Source of the DNA: an uncultured Eubacteriales bacterium
GTDB lineage: Bacteria; Bacillota; Clostridia; Oscillospirales; Acutalibacteraceae
Length of the DNA stretch: 64,000 nt
Assembly: GCA_900314795.1 (NCBI GenBank)
Contig: OMWP01000001.1
Location: 16,265-80,264 of the forward strand
Reading direction: 5' to 3'
Positions within the stretch are counted from its first letter, which is position 1. Every line of letters starts with the position of its first letter. The notes beneath the pieces were generated by a model. That model was not told where the DNA came from, did no database searches, and was given only the letters and a program-made list of their open reading frames with translations. The position numbers and the translations under genes were made by a program. This document shows, in pieces, positions 1 to 12,934 of this stretch.

Positions 1-447
1 CTGACCCTTCGCGAAGGAGCTGATCTTCACCGCGCCGGGGAACTTGACCAGCCGGGAGATCTCTGACGCGCAGGTATACTCCGGGTTGATCGCCAGCGTC
101 AGCTTCAGATGTCCTTTGATCCTCTCTACATCATGGATATACTCGGGGTTGCGAACGCGGGCGATCGTTGAGTTGACGCCGGCGTTCTTAGCGAGCAGAC
201 AGGTGTAGAGATTCAACTCATCCGCGGCGGTGACGGCGATCAACAGATCCGTTGTTTCGAGATCCGCCTCATGCAGCACGGTATAGGTCGCGCCGTTACC
301 CTGTATCGCCATGACATTCTGGGTATCGGCGATTTTTTCGAGCGCTTCATATCGCTCGTCAATAACGGTTACGGAGTGTCCTTCCTCATTGAGCTGCTCC
401 GCGATCGAGCGGCCGACACGACCGCATCCTACGATAATGATCTTCAT
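1..447 (-). CDS. trkA: Trk system potassium uptake protein TrkA (N-terminal part; runs off the window edge)
   Basis: Hand translation of the minus strand from ATG at 447: MKIIIVGCGRVGRSIAEQL...LLIAVTAADELNL...IARVRNPEY, an RCK/NAD-binding GxGxxG N-terminus; adjacent to ktrAB. Not in the ORF track because it is truncated. Confidence 0.9.
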   Translation of the reverse strand, partial: MKIIIVGCGRVGRSIAEQLNEEGHSVTVIDERYEALEKIADTQNVMAIQGNGATYTVLHEADLETTDLLIAVTAADELNLYTCLLAKNAGVNSTIARVRNPEYIHDVERIKGHLKLTLAINPEYTCASEISRLVKFPGAVKISSFAKGQ

Positions 448-508
448 ATACTTTCCTCATCCGATGGTTCTATCATATCTTAATCGCAAATTCGATTACT
501 GTTACTGA

Positions 509-1156
509 TTAGAATTTAAAACACTTCTTGAGCTTCTTGTACTCACCGAGCACCAACAGCGACATGCCCTTTGTCAGAACCGTATCCGGCTTGACGATGA
601 AACTCATCACGCCGTTATCCCTGATGCCGATGATCGTCAGCTCGTATTTTCTTCTGACGTCCAACTGGACGATCGTCTTACCCAACCATTCCTCGGGGAT
701 GGCGACCTCATAGATAGAATGGGTATCATCCAGCTCGATATATTCAAGGAGATGATCGGAGCTGTAACGGATCGCCGCCCAGCGCGCGACCTGCTTTTCG
801 GGATAAATCACCTTATCCGCGCCGTTGCGCAGGAGGAACCGTTCCTGTCCGTCGCGTTCCGCTCGCGCGACGACGAATTTCGCGCCGAGTTCCTTTAACA
901 GATAGGTGGTTTCGAGAGAGCTTTGGAAATCGTTGCTGATCGTCACAAAGCAAACGTCAAAATTATTGACGCCGAGAGAGCGAAGATACGCTTCGTTCGT
1001 ACTGTCGCCGATCTGGGCGTCCGTAACGAACTCAAGCGCGTTGTTGACCCGGTCTTCATCGTGGTCGATACCGAGCACGTCGTGTCCGAGCTGCGTGAGC
1101 TGGATCGCGATGTTGAGCCCGAACCTTCCGAGTCCGATCAATAAAATGGATTTCAT
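509..1156 (-). CDS. ktrA: Ktr/TrkA-family potassium uptake regulatory subunit (RCK_N + RCK_C)
   Basis: MKSILLIGLGRFG GxGxxG motif, GADKVIYPE; follows a KtrB-like gene. Confidence 0.9.
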   Translation of the reverse strand: MKSILLIGLGRFGLNIAIQLTQLGHDVLGIDHDEDRVNNALEFVTDAQIGDSTNEAYLRSLGVNNFDVCFVTISNDFQSSLETTYLLKELGAKFVVARAERDGQERFLLRNGADKVIYPEKQVARWAAIRYSSDHLLEYIELDDTHSIYEVAIPEEWLGKTIVQLDVRRKYELTIIGIRDNGVMSFIVKPDTVLTKGMSLLVLGEYKKLKKCFKF

Positions 1157-1262
1157 GTTGTATCTCCTTTAAGGCAACGCCGCATCCTTCAGGCGTGCGG
1201 ATCGCGCAGTTAAGATTTTTCGTTAGCTACCGGCAAGGCGTCGTGAACGGTGCAGCGCCGCC

Positions 1263-2600
1263 TTAACCTACTGTAATCGCTTCTTTAGGCAGTTTTGACA
1301 GCTTTTTGGTGGAGCCGGACAACGCTGCGTAAATGATGGTCAGACCGCCGACTCTGCCGAGGAACATCAGCAAAATGAGGATCACCTGTGAACCCACGCC
1401 GAGGCTCGGGGTGATGCCGAGGGTCAGTCCGACGGTGCCGACCGCCGACGCGGTCTCAAACACGCAGACGTCGTAGGGCAGGTTTTCTGTCATACAGATC
1501 ACCGCCGCGCTCACAAGGCAGAGCGTCATATACATCACAAAGATCGTCGACGCGGTCTTGACCGCGCTCGCCTCGATCCGTCTGCCAAAGCATTCCGGAT
1601 CCTCTTTCCTCTTGAAGGACGCGATCGCGTTCTTGAATAAAACAGCGACGGTGACGGTTTTCATACCGCCCGCCGTGGAACCGGGCGAGCCGCCGATCAG
1701 CATCAGGATGATCATCACCGCCTGACCGAACCGTGTCATGGAGTTGAGATCAAGCGTATTGAAGCCTGCCGTTCGGGGCGTGACCGCCTGAAACAGCGAT
1801 CCGAATATCCTTTCTGCAAGCGGCAACTGAGCAAAATCATAGAAGAAATAGAGCAGCGCCGGGATAATGATCAAAATCGCGGATGTCACGATGACGATCT
1901 TACTCTGCAATCGGTAGCGCTTAAAACGGAATTTATTCGTCAAAACATCCTTCCATGTCATAAAACCGATACCGCCGATGATGATCAACAGCATGATGAC
2001 GATATTGACGATGGGATTCGTAGGAACAGAGGTCAGCGAGGCGAATTTTTGATCCGGGGTTCCCATCAGATCAAAGCCCGCGTTACAAAAGGCGGATACG
2101 GAATGAAACACTGCCATCCAGACGCCTTTCACGCCGTGGCTTTTCACAAACACGGGCATCATCGTAACAGCGCCCACCAGCTCGATGATCGCCGTACCCT
2201 TAATGACAAATTTCGTCAGTCGGACGATACCGCCCAAACTGGGCGCGGAAATCGCGTTCTGCATGGTGTTGCGCTGACTGAACGAGAATCTTCTGCCCGA
2301 AAGCAGGACAAAGGACGCCGCCATCGTGATGACGCCCAAGCCTCCGACTTGGATGAGGGTCAGGATGATGGCCTGTCCGAACAGCGACCAGTGGGTCGCG
2401 GTATCCTGCACGATCAGTCCTGTCACACAGACCGCCGAGGTCGAGGTGAACAGCGTCTGGTTGAACGGTGTGACCGCTCTGTCTTTCGCGGAGATGGGGA
2501 GCATCAACAACAGCGCTCCCAACAGGATCACCCCGACAAAGCCGAGGATGATGATCTGGAATGACGAAAGACGTTTTCTCTTTTTGATTGCTTTAGCCAT
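1263..2600 (-). CDS. ktrB: Ktr/TrkH-family potassium transporter membrane subunit
   Basis: Multiple TM segments with pore-loop motifs TSAVCVTGL, SAFCNAGF, PRTAGF, SAVGTVGL. Confidence 0.9.
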   Translation of the reverse strand: MAKAIKKRKRLSSFQIIILGFVGVILLGALLLMLPISAKDRAVTPFNQTLFTSTSAVCVTGLIVQDTATHWSLFGQAIILTLIQVGGLGVITMAASFVLLSGRRFSFSQRNTMQNAISAPSLGGIVRLTKFVIKGTAIIELVGAVTMMPVFVKSHGVKGVWMAVFHSVSAFCNAGFDLMGTPDQKFASLTSVPTNPIVNIVIMLLIIIGGIGFMTWKDVLTNKFRFKRYRLQSKIVIVTSAILIIIPALLYFFYDFAQLPLAERIFGSLFQAVTPRTAGFNTLDLNSMTRFGQAVMIILMLIGGSPGSTAGGMKTVTVAVLFKNAIASFKRKEDPECFGRRIEASAVKTASTIFVMYMTLCLVSAAVICMTENLPYDVCVFETASAVGTVGLTLGITPSLGVGSQVILILLMFLGRVGGLTIIYAALSGSTKKLSKLPKEAITVG

Positions 2601-2970
2601 ATACTCTCCCCGTTTTGTCGGTCATCATTGATATACAGACAGTTTTGCTGTCAACGCTTATCCGTCGTATGATCCATAATAATACCCATATGTAACTGTA
2701 TTTTACATCAACAGACATTGAAATTCAATAACATATTAGAAATATAAGCGCAAAAAATTCCGCCGCAAAAGAATGATCGATCAAAGACAGCAAAGCGGCT
2801 GTTTGAAATACCGCACGGCATACAAAATGCCTAAAAATCAAGGACGGAAAAATCTCTTTTTCCTCTTTATTTTTTTCCTATTATATGGTATACTGTTCTT
2901 TATAATGGGGTGATATAGGGGTTCAACCCGATCAAACCGCATTATCACCGAATAGAAAGGAACTGATATT

Positions 2971-5871
2971 ATGGGTTTATTCAAAGCGCTGTTCGGCGAC
3001 TACTCGTCGCGCGAGCTTAAGCGCATCAAACCGATTTGTGATAAGGTTCTCGCGCTCGAGAGCAAATATGCCGCGATGTCCGAGAGTGAGCTGAAATCTC
3101 AGACCGCGATTCTCAAAGAACGCCTGAATAACGGCGAGACCACCGACGACATCCTGCCCGACGCGTTCGCGGTATGCCGCGAGGCTTCCTGGCGCGTGCT
3201 GGGCATGAAGCACTTCCCCGTGCAGATCATCGGCGGCATCGTCCTGCATCAGGGACGTATCGCCGAGATGAAGACCGGTGAAGGTAAAACGCTGGTCGCT
3301 ACCCTGCCCGCCTACCTCAACGGCTTGACCGGCAAGGGCGTGCACATCGTCACCGTCAACGATTATCTGGCAAAGCGCGACTCCGAATGGATGGGCAAGC
3401 TCTATCGATGGCTGGGACTCACGGTCGGTCTGATCATCCACGACATCCCCGCCGAGGAACGCAAGAACATGTACAACGCGGACATCACCTACGGCACCAA
3501 CAACGAGCTGGGCTTTGACTATCTGCGCGACAACATGGTCGTCTATAAAGAGCAGAAGGTACAGCGCGAGCACGCATTCGCCATCGTGGACGAGGTCGAC
3601 TCGATCCTGATCGATGAGGCGCGTACCCCGCTGATCATCTCGGGTAAGGGTGACAAGGCGTCTGACTTATATGAGCGCGCCGATCAGCTTGCCCGCACCA
3701 TGAAGAAATACGTCTTTACCGAGACCGACGCCAAGGAAGATCTCGAGGAATTCTATCAGGAGAACAAGATCGACTACATCGTTGACGAAAAGGCGCATAC
3801 CGCTACCCTGACTCAGGTCGGCGTGAAGAAGGCGGAGGCGTTCTTTAATCTGGAGAACCTCTCCGACCCCGATAACGTCACCATCCAGCACCATGTCAAT
3901 CAGGCGATCAAGGCGCATGGCTGTATGAAGAACGAGGTCAACTACGTCGTCAAGGACGGCGAGGTCATCATCGTCGATGAATTCACCGGCCGTTTGATGT
4001 ACGGCAGACGCTATAACGAGGGTCTGCATCAGGCGATCGAGGCAAAAGAGGGCGTCAAGGTCGAGAGTGAATCTAAGACCCTCGCCACCATCACCTTCCA
4101 GAACTTCTTCCGTCTGTACGGCAAGCTGTCCGGTATGACCGGTACCGCTAAGACCGAGGAAGAAGAATTCCAGGAGATCTACAAGCTCGACGTCGTCGAG
4201 ATCCCGACCAACAAAGAGGTCATCCGGCAGGATCAGCACGACGCGATCTACCGCACCGAGCACGGCAAGTTCATGGCGATCATCGAAGAGATCAAAAGAG
4301 CGCATGCGAACGGTCAGCCGGTGCTGGTGGGTACCATCTCCATCGAAAAGAGTGAACAGCTCAGTAAGTTATTGAAGAAAACCGGTATCAAGCACAACGT
4401 CCTCAACGCGAAGCACCATGAGAAAGAGGCGGAGATCGTCGCGCAGGCAGGTAAGCTCGGCGCGGTCACCATCGCCACCAACATGGCGGGTCGTGGTACC
4501 GATATCGTGCTGGGCGGTAACGCCGAATACATGGCAAAGGCTCAGCTGAGAAAAGACGGCTATGATGACGAGGTCATCGCCGAGGCGACGGGCTTTGCCG
4601 ACACCGACGACGAGGTCATCAAGGAAGCGCGTCAGAAGTATCAGGAATACTACGACAGCCATAAAGAAGAGATCAACGCCGAGGCGGATAAAGTCCGTCA
4701 GGCAGGCGGTTTATACATCATCGGTACCGAGCGCCACGAGAGCCGCCGTATCGACAACCAGCTGCGCGGACGTTCCGGCCGTCAGGGAGATCCCGGTAAG
4801 AGCAAGTTCTTCCTTTCCTGCGAGGACGATTTGATGCGTATCTTCGGCGGCGAGCGGATGGGCATGATCCTCGACCGCATGAACATCGAGGAGGATCAGC
4901 CGATCGAGAGCAAGATGCTCACCAACATCGTGGAAAGCTCCCAGCAGAAGGTCGAGAGCCGCAACTTTGCGATCCGTAAATCCGTCCTTGACTACGATGA
5001 CGTCATGAACCGTCAGCGCGAGATCATCTACGGTCAGCGCAATCAGGTGCTCGACGGCGAGGATGTGCATGATACCATTGTGAAGATGGTGAACGACACC
5101 ATCGAGAACAATGTCAACATGTTCTGCGCCGACGATATGGACAAGGAAAACTGGAACCTGCCCGGTCTCAATGAGCTGTACCGCGGCTGGCTGATCGATG
5201 ACAGCAACAAGTTCAGCTTTACCAAGGACGAGCTCGAGAGAACCGATAAGGAATATCTCATCAAGGTATTGCAGGAAAGAGCCAATAAGCTCTATCAGGA
5301 AAACGAGGAGCTGGTGGGTTCGGAGACCATGCGCGAGATGGAGCGCATCTATCTCTTGAAGAGCGTTGACACCTACTGGATGGAGCACATCGACAACATG
5401 GATCAGCTAAAACAGGGTATCCGCCTGCGCGCCTACGGTCAGCGTGATCCGGTCGTCGAGTACCGTATCGAGGGCTTCGATATGTTCGACGAGATGATTG
5501 AGACCATCCGTCAGGAGACCGCCAAGCTGATCCTCGTCGCACCCAAGCGTGTCTACGAGATTCAGAAGAAGCGCGAGGAGCTCGAAGCCAAGCGCAAGGA
5601 GATGGAAGAAAAGGCGGCGGCAGCCCATCAGGTCGTCCTCAAGACAGAAGAGGACAGAAAGCCCAAGCCCTCCGCGGTGGAGCTGGGACTCAAGCGTGAG
5701 CAGGTCGCAAAGCCCACCGAATTCTCGGGCGACGGCACCGTATCGACCAACAAGACCGTTGTCAAGAAAAAGAACAAAAAGCCCGGCCCCAACGACCCCT
5801 GCTGGTGCGGCTCGGGCAAGAAATACAAAAAATGTCACAAACCGATTGATGAGGGATACAAAAGTGAGTAA
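2971..5871 (+). CDS. secA: Preprotein translocase subunit SecA
   Basis: [59 protein letters not shown]; C-terminal SEC-C motif [16 protein letters not shown]. Confidence 0.98.
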   Translation: MGLFKALFGDYSSRELKRIKPICDKVLALESKYAAMSESELKSQTAILKERLNNGETTDDILPDAFAVCREASWRVLGMKHFPVQIIGGIVLHQGRIAEMKTGEGKTLVATLPAYLNGLTGKGVHIVTVNDYLAKRDSEWMGKLYRWLGLTVGLIIHDIPAEERKNMYNADITYGTNNELGFDYLRDNMVVYKEQKVQREHAFAIVDEVDSILIDEARTPLIISGKGDKASDLYERADQLARTMKKYVFTETDAKEDLEEFYQENKIDYIVDEKAHTATLTQVGVKKAEAFFNLENLSDPDNVTIQHHVNQAIKAHGCMKNEVNYVVKDGEVIIVDEFTGRLMYGRRYNEGLHQAIEAKEGVKVESESKTLATITFQNFFRLYGKLSGMTGTAKTEEEEFQEIYKLDVVEIPTNKEVIRQDQHDAIYRTEHGKFMAIIEEIKRAHANGQPVLVGTISIEKSEQLSKLLKKTGIKHNVLNAKHHEKEAEIVAQAGKLGAVTIATNMAGRGTDIVLGGNAEYMAKAQLRKDGYDDEVIAEATGFADTDDEVIKEARQKYQEYYDSHKEEINAEADKVRQAGGLYIIGTERHESRRIDNQLRGRSGRQGDPGKSKFFLSCEDDLMRIFGGERMGMILDRMNIEEDQPIESKMLTNIVESSQQKVESRNFAIRKSVLDYDDVMNRQREIIYGQRNQVLDGEDVHDTIVKMVNDTIENNVNMFCADDMDKENWNLPGLNELYRGWLIDDSNKFSFTKDELERTDKEYLIKVLQERANKLYQENEELVGSETMREMERIYLLKSVDTYWMEHIDNMDQLKQGIRLRAYGQRDPVVEYRIEGFDMFDEMIETIRQETAKLILVAPKRVYEIQKKREELEAKRKEMEEKAAAAHQVVLKTEEDRKPKPSAVELGLKREQVAKPTEFSGDGTVSTNKTVVKKKNKKPGPNDPCWCGSGKKYKKCHKPIDEGYKSE

Positions 5872-7312
5872 GGTTAGAACACGTTTCGCGCCCAGTCCGA
5901 CAGGCTTCATGCACGTCGGCAACCTGAGAACGGCGCTGTATGAATATCTGGTCGCCAAAAGTCAGGGCGGCACCTTTGTCCTGCGCATCGAGGATACCGA
6001 TCAGGAACGCTATGTTGAGGGCGCGGTAGACGTCATCTACAAGACGCTCAAAACAGCGGGCTTGCAGCATGACGAAGGCCCCGATATCGGCGGCGACTAC
6101 GGCCCCTATGTGCAGAGCGAGCGCAAGGATATGTACCTGCCCTACGCTGAGCAGTTAATCCGCGAGGGCAAGGCGTACCGCTGCTTCTGCACCAAGGAGC
6201 GTTTGGAAAAGCTCCAGAACGAGACTGTCGGCGGCGGCTATGACCGCCATTGCAGAGATTTATCTGACACTGAGATACAAGAAAAACTGGACGCGGGCAT
6301 CCCTTATGTCATCCGACAGAAGATGCCCATCGAAGGCTCCACCACCTTTACGGACGCGGTGTTCGGCGAGATCACGGTGGACAACAGCGAATTGCAGGAT
6401 CAGATCCTGATCAAGCAGGACGGCTACCCGACCTACAACTTCGCGAACGTCATCGACGACCACACCATGGGCATCACCCATGTCGTGCGCGGCAGTGAGT
6501 ATCTCAGCTCCACGCCCAAATACAACCTGCTGTATGAGGCGTTCGGGTGGGAGATCCCGACCTACATCCATCTGCCGCTGATCAACGGCAAGAATGAGGA
6601 CGGCAGTGTGTCGAAGCTCAGTAAGCGCCACGGCTCCACAGGCTTTGAGGACTTGATCAAGGAGGGCTACCTGCCCGAGGCGATCATCAACTATATCGCC
6701 CTGCTCGGCTGGTGCCCGAAGGATAATCAAGAGATCTTCACGCTTGAAGAGCTGACCAAAGCGTTCGACATCAGCGGCATCAGCAAGAGCCCCGCGGTGT
6801 TCGATTACGACAAGCTCGAGTGGTTCAACGGCGAGTATATCAAGGCGATGACCGACGAGCAATTCGCCGCTATCTGCACCCCGTACTTCAAAGAAGCGTT
6901 GGGCGATACACAGATCGACTATCTCAAATTAGCCGCGATCCTCAAACAGCGCACAACCAAGCTTACCGACATCCCCGAGAAGATCGACTTCTTCGCGGCG
7001 CTGCCGGAATACGACAAGGAGCTATTTGTCAACAAAAAGAGCAAGACCAACCTCGAGAACGCGCCCGTGATGCTGAGAGCGGTATACGACGAGCTGTCCG
7101 CATTGGAGAACTGGGATCATGATTCCATCCATGACGCGCTGATCGGATTGGCGCAAAAGCTCGAGGTCAAGAACGGCACCGTGATGTGGCCGGCGCGTAT
7201 CGCCGTGGCGGGCAAGACAATTACCCCCGGCGGCGCGATCGAGATCCTTGACATCTTGGGTAAGGATGAAAGCCTGAGAAGAATGGAACTCGGGCTGGAG
7301 AAATTGAGATAA
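5864..7312 (+). CDS. gltX: Glutamate--tRNA ligase (probable GTG start at 5864, overlapping the secA stop)
   Basis: [16 protein letters not shown] (HIGH-type), LSKRHG (KMSKS-type), VVRGSEY. Confidence 0.95.
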   Translation: MSKVRTRFAPSPTGFMHVGNLRTALYEYLVAKSQGGTFVLRIEDTDQERYVEGAVDVIYKTLKTAGLQHDEGPDIGGDYGPYVQSERKDMYLPYAEQLIREGKAYRCFCTKERLEKLQNETVGGGYDRHCRDLSDTEIQEKLDAGIPYVIRQKMPIEGSTTFTDAVFGEITVDNSELQDQILIKQDGYPTYNFANVIDDHTMGITHVVRGSEYLSSTPKYNLLYEAFGWEIPTYIHLPLINGKNEDGSVSKLSKRHGSTGFEDLIKEGYLPEAIINYIALLGWCPKDNQEIFTLEELTKAFDISGISKSPAVFDYDKLEWFNGEYIKAMTDEQFAAICTPYFKEALGDTQIDYLKLAAILKQRTTKLTDIPEKIDFFAALPEYDKELFVNKKSKTNLENAPVMLRAVYDELSALENWDHDSIHDALIGLAQKLEVKNGTVMWPARIAVAGKTITPGGAIEILDILGKDESLRRMELGLEKLR

Positions 7313-7314
7313 AA

Positions 7315-7461
7315 AGCCTTCCCCTTGAGGGGAAGGTGCTGAGCAAAGCGATGCGGATGAGGTGGAAGCGTTTCATCCTCATGCCGTAAATTGATAGAGT
7401 GGAAAGGTTTCCACCTCATCTGTCACCCAATGGGTGACACCTTCCCCTCAAGGGGAAGGCT
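7315..7461. repeat. REP/MITE-like palindromic element, family A (ends AGCCTTCCCCT..GGGGAAGG / CCTTCCCC..AGGGGAAGGCT)
   Basis: Terminal inverted repeats with nested hairpins (GGATGAGG / CCTCATC); related copies at 12642, 19468 and 24135. Confidence 0.85.
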
Positions 7462-7486
7462 ATTTAAATAAACTGAGGGAATGTAT

Positions 7487-9175
<1,689 letters not shown>

Positions 9176-9178
<3 letters not shown>

Positions 9179-9358
9179 GGAATTAGGAATTAGGAATTAG
9201 GAATGAGGAATGAATGGTGGGCTTTGCCCACACCCAATTTATAGTATCAAATAATAACGCTCGTGATTTCAAAGAGTCACGAGCGTTACTTTTATGCAGT
9301 TATTTATTCAATTTAAAAGCCGTCAGGCTTTCCCTTACTTCCTCATTCCTAATTAACC
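9176..9358. repeat. Inverted heptamer cassette: (AGGAATK)n ... (TTCCTCA/TTCCTAA) around a GGTGGGC-GCCCACACC hairpin
   Basis: Left atgaggaattaggaattaggaattaggaatgaggaatg; right cttcctcattcctaatt; lies between convergent glnS and PBP genes. Confidence 0.7.
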
Positions 9359-10728
9359 AACGCGCTCACCGCCGCGCTGACGACGGGGGTGGCAGCTTGG
9401 ATACCGTAGCCGCCCTCGGTCACTACTGCGGCAAAGGCGTAGGGGTGGCTCGGATCGTCGATGAAGCCGACAAACCATGCGGTCGGTTCTTTACCGTGAC
9501 CGACCTCGGCGGTGCCGGTCTTGGCGCAGAACGGCAGTCCCGCGATGCTGACGCCCTGCGAGGAATAGTGCTCGGCAGAGCCGTGCATCAGCTCCTTGAC
9601 CTTGGAGGCGGTGTCGGAGGAGAGCATGCCGACGTCCTTGTTTTTGTTGATGGTGATGTTCAGCTTGTTGATCAGATTGCCGTCGTCATTGACGATGTAA
9701 GGTGATGCGGCAGTGCCGCCGTTGGCGACGGAGGAGGCGATCATCGCCATGAGCATCGGATTCGCCAGATCCTCCTGCTGCCCGATGCCCGACCATGCAA
9801 GGCTGTTGTTGCCCATGCCGGTCGCGTCATAATGGCTCTTGGCGATGGGGATCTCGCTCATCATATAGCTGTCGTTGTTAAAGCCAAGCTTCTCGGCGGT
9901 GGCTTTCATCTTTTCGTCACCGACCTGCACCGCGATCTGCGCGAAAGCGCAGTTGCAGGAGTTGGCGAACGCCTCGGAAAAGCTCTGGGTGCCGTGGGCG
10001 GACTCGCAGGTGATTGGATTGCCGTCCATATCGATCGAGCCGTTACAGGTGAAGCTCTGGTTGTAAATATCGGGGATGTTCTCGATCGCCGCAGCGGCGG
10101 TGATGATCTTGAACGTCGAGCCGGGGGTGAAGGTCGAGGACACGACGTTATCGAGATACACGCCGTCGTACTCGCTCTCGTTATCCTCGGTGATGGTCGG
10201 CGGATTGGCGGGGTCATAGCTCGGCGTACTCACGTCACAGAGCACCTCGCCTGTTTTATAATTGTAGACCACACACGCGCCCTTGTGACTGCCGAGCGCC
10301 GCATATGCCGCGCGGCAGGAATTCGCGCTGACCGTCAGGCTGATATCGCTGTTGGGGCGAAGGGATTCGGGCAAGCCTGCACCTACGACGAAGTTGTAGC
10401 CCGACAGATTGGTGCGGTAACGGCTCTGGATACCGGTAGAGATGTTCAGGCTTTCATCACCGACTACATGCAGCAACGCCTCGCGTGTGGTGCTGTCGTC
10501 GGCATAATAGCGCTTGCCGTCCTCGCTGTGCGCCAGCACGGTTTTGTTGCGGTCAGTGATCTTGCCGGCGTTGCCCAGATCGGCAGAGGACGCCATATGA
10601 CCGTTAAACGGCTGCTGCACCCATTTGTTATGATTGATGACGGTGATCACGCCGAGGTAGATCGTGCCCGCCAGAAAGGCGAAGGTCACGAACCACAGGA
10701 TCAGAGAGCGGGTCATGATTCGTTTCAT
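9349..10728 (-). CDS. Penicillin-binding transpeptidase (PbpA-like class B PBP)
   Basis: N-terminal TM helix; SxxK in PGSTFK, SCN, KTGT motifs. Confidence 0.9.
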   Translation of the reverse strand: MKRIMTRSLILWFVTFAFLAGTIYLGVITVINHNKWVQQPFNGHMASSADLGNAGKITDRNKTVLAHSEDGKRYYADDSTTREALLHVVGDESLNISTGIQSRYRTNLSGYNFVVGAGLPESLRPNSDISLTVSANSCRAAYAALGSHKGACVVYNYKTGEVLCDVSTPSYDPANPPTITEDNESEYDGVYLDNVVSSTFTPGSTFKIITAAAAIENIPDIYNQSFTCNGSIDMDGNPITCESAHGTQSFSEAFANSCNCAFAQIAVQVGDEKMKATAEKLGFNNDSYMMSEIPIAKSHYDATGMGNNSLAWSGIGQQEDLANPMLMAMIASSVANGGTAASPYIVNDDGNLINKLNITINKNKDVGMLSSDTASKVKELMHGSAEHYSSQGVSIAGLPFCAKTGTAEVGHGKEPTAWFVGFIDDPSHPYAFAAVVTEGGYGIQAATPVVSAAVSALVN

Positions 10729-12440
10729 CTCTCAACACCTCGCTCTCTGAGCACACTCTTGGGGATGCGGCGCTTGGCGGCATAGGTGCGCTCATCCGCC
10801 GCCTTGATGAAGGCAAGCAGTCCCCAGCACGAGATCATCGACGATCCGCCCGCGGACAGGAACGGTAAGGTCACGCCCGTCAGCGGCAGGATATCGGTGA
10901 TACCGAAGATGTTCAATGCGGATTGGATGACCATCAGCCCTGCCGCACAGCAGGCGGAGATGGCATAGAAGGAGGAACGCGAACGGGTCGTGATCGCACG
11001 CGAATAAAACGCCAGCGCGATGATCGCAAACGCCAGTGAGAAGGCAATGATCAACCCAAGCTCCTCCGCGATCAGTCCGAACACCAGGTCGGATTCGGAC
11101 GCGAAGATATATTTGAGATAGCCGTTGCCGGTGCCCACGCCGATCAGACCGCCCGACGCCATATAGCTCATTACGCGTACCTGCTGATAGCCGCCGCTGT
11201 CCTGTGTATGCTCCCAGACATGACCCCATGCCGAGAAACGATCGGCGACATAGGGCTTGACGCTGAGCACGACGAACACCGCGAGCAGTGCCGCGGCGAG
11301 GGCGAGGATGACGGTTTTGAAGTCGCCCGAACGCATGAACGCAATGAGCAGGAAGGTCATGAAGAAGATCAACGCCGTACCGAAGTCACCCATCAGCGCC
11401 AATGCGCCGACGCACACGGCGGAGAAGATGATGAACTCGATGAAGTTGCGCTTGGTCTGCAACTGATCCAGCGCGGACGCGCCGACAAAGATGAACGCGA
11501 TCTTGACGAACTCGGAGGGCTGGACGCTGATGCCGCCGATGCTGATCCAGTTCGCCGCGCCGTTGGTCACGCGACCAAACACCAGGTTGATCGCCAGCAA
11601 TCCGACAGCACCGATCATGATCCAGAGTCGCCATTTGTTGACGCGATCGGGATCCTCGATGAACTTGACGATCACGGCAAAGACGATCATGCCGATCGAC
11701 ATCGCGACAAGCTGTACGATCGACGACCGCACCTCCTGCCGCACCAATAGGAGAACACCCATGCCGGATAGAAAGCACGCCAGCGCTTCTAACTCGAAAT
11801 TGACGCGGTTGAGCGCGTAGGATGAGATACAGAAGAACGTCCACATCACAAGCTCCATCGCGCCGAACACATACAGCGGGATGAAGTTTTGCACCTCATT
11901 GGAGAAGCACGCCTCCACCGCCATGAACAGGTGGAAGAAGGTGATGAGGATCATCAGCTTATAGGGCTTTAACGAACCCTTATCCGACGCCTTGGAGAAA
12001 AACCACGAGGGGCGGATGCGCTCCTGATATTCTTCACCGCGCCTGAGCACCAGAGAGGTATGACCGATATCGATGACGTCGTTGATGTTCACCAGTGTGC
12101 GACCCTTGGCAGGTTCACCGTTGACAAAGGTACCGAACTTGGAGCCGATATCCGAGACGAACCAACCTTCCTTGCGGCGCAGAAAGACACAGTGATCGCG
12201 CGACACGCTGATATCGGATACGCGGATGTCGGAGCCCTTGCTCCTGCCGATGGAGTTCTCCCAGAACAGCACGGGGATCTGCTGACCCGTTTGGAGCAGC
12301 TCGAACATCACCAGCGGCTTCTCGGGACGGCGGTGCCGTCTGGCGGACGCAAAGCACTGATAGATGATGATGACCGCATAGATGGGCAACAGTGCCCGCA
12401 ACGCGATGACCGCGATATCCAAAATCGACTGTAGATTCAA
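10725..12440 (-). CDS. FHA domain-FtsW/RodA/SpoVE (SEDS) fusion protein (probable TTG start at 12440)
   Basis: N-terminal IGRSKGSDI..VSRDH..SKFGTFVNG (FHA); C-terminal QPSEFVKI, GDFGTA, SDLVF, GVTLPFLSAGGSS (SEDS); AGGAGGT RBS upstream of the TTG. Confidence 0.88.
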   Translation of the reverse strand: MNLQSILDIAVIALRALLPIYAVIIIYQCFASARRHRRPEKPLVMFELLQTGQQIPVLFWENSIGRSKGSDIRVSDISVSRDHCVFLRRKEGWFVSDIGSKFGTFVNGEPAKGRTLVNINDVIDIGHTSLVLRRGEEYQERIRPSWFFSKASDKGSLKPYKLMILITFFHLFMAVEACFSNEVQNFIPLYVFGAMELVMWTFFCISSYALNRVNFELEALACFLSGMGVLLLVRQEVRSSIVQLVAMSIGMIVFAVIVKFIEDPDRVNKWRLWIMIGAVGLLAINLVFGRVTNGAANWISIGGISVQPSEFVKIAFIFVGASALDQLQTKRNFIEFIIFSAVCVGALALMGDFGTALIFFMTFLLIAFMRSGDFKTVILALAAALLAVFVVLSVKPYVADRFSAWGHVWEHTQDSGGYQQVRVMSYMASGGLIGVGTGNGYLKYIFASESDLVFGLIAEELGLIIAFSLAFAIIALAFYSRAITTRSRSSFYAISACCAAGLMVIQSALNIFGITDILPLTGVTLPFLSAGGSSMISCWGLLAFIKAADERTYAAKRRIPKSVLRERGVER

Positions 12441-12641
12441 ACGCCTCACCTCCTGTAATCGTTGATTTCCCGCGTGTCAATTCACGCTCAAACACATCTC
12501 CCTTTCCGAAAGGGAGAGTTTTTTTCATATATGGTTAATTTTACTATACATAGCCCTAAAAGTCAAATGAAGGAACTGTGAACAATGCGGCGTTTCAGGT
12601 GCGGAATCGGTCGGTTTTTTGATGAAGAAAGGCAACACAAA

Positions 12642-12855
12642 AAGCCTTCCCCTCGGGGGGAAGGTGGGCAATTTGCCAAGACAAATTGGTCGGATGAGGG
12701 GACAACCTTTCCTATTGATGCAGGATTCGGTGAGGCTGTGTGTTTACCGAGGATGGAGGAAAAGCCTCGCGCTCTTTGTTAAGATGTTCACTCTGACAAG
12801 TCAGCCCCTCATCCGTCTCCCGTTGGTCGACACCTTCCCCCCGAGGGGAAGGCTT
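12642..12855. repeat. REP/MITE-like element family A copy (opposite orientation to the 19468 and 24135 copies)
   Basis: AAGCCTTCCCCTCGGGGGGAAGGT ... CACCTTCCCCCCGAGGGGAAGGCTT; reverse complement of the interior matches the other copies (catcttaacaaagag..cctcggtaaac). Confidence 0.85.
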
Positions 12856-12934
12856 GAAAAAGGCGCACCCCGAGGGGTAGGCTTTATCGTCAACGCCCGT
12901 TATTCAGCGGACGAGCAATGCTCAACCCTACAAA

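Noticed and set aside
2601-2970. c-di-AMP (ydaO) riboswitch expected upstream of the ktr genes
   Set aside because: I could not find the conserved GCTGAATCC-type core on the minus strand.
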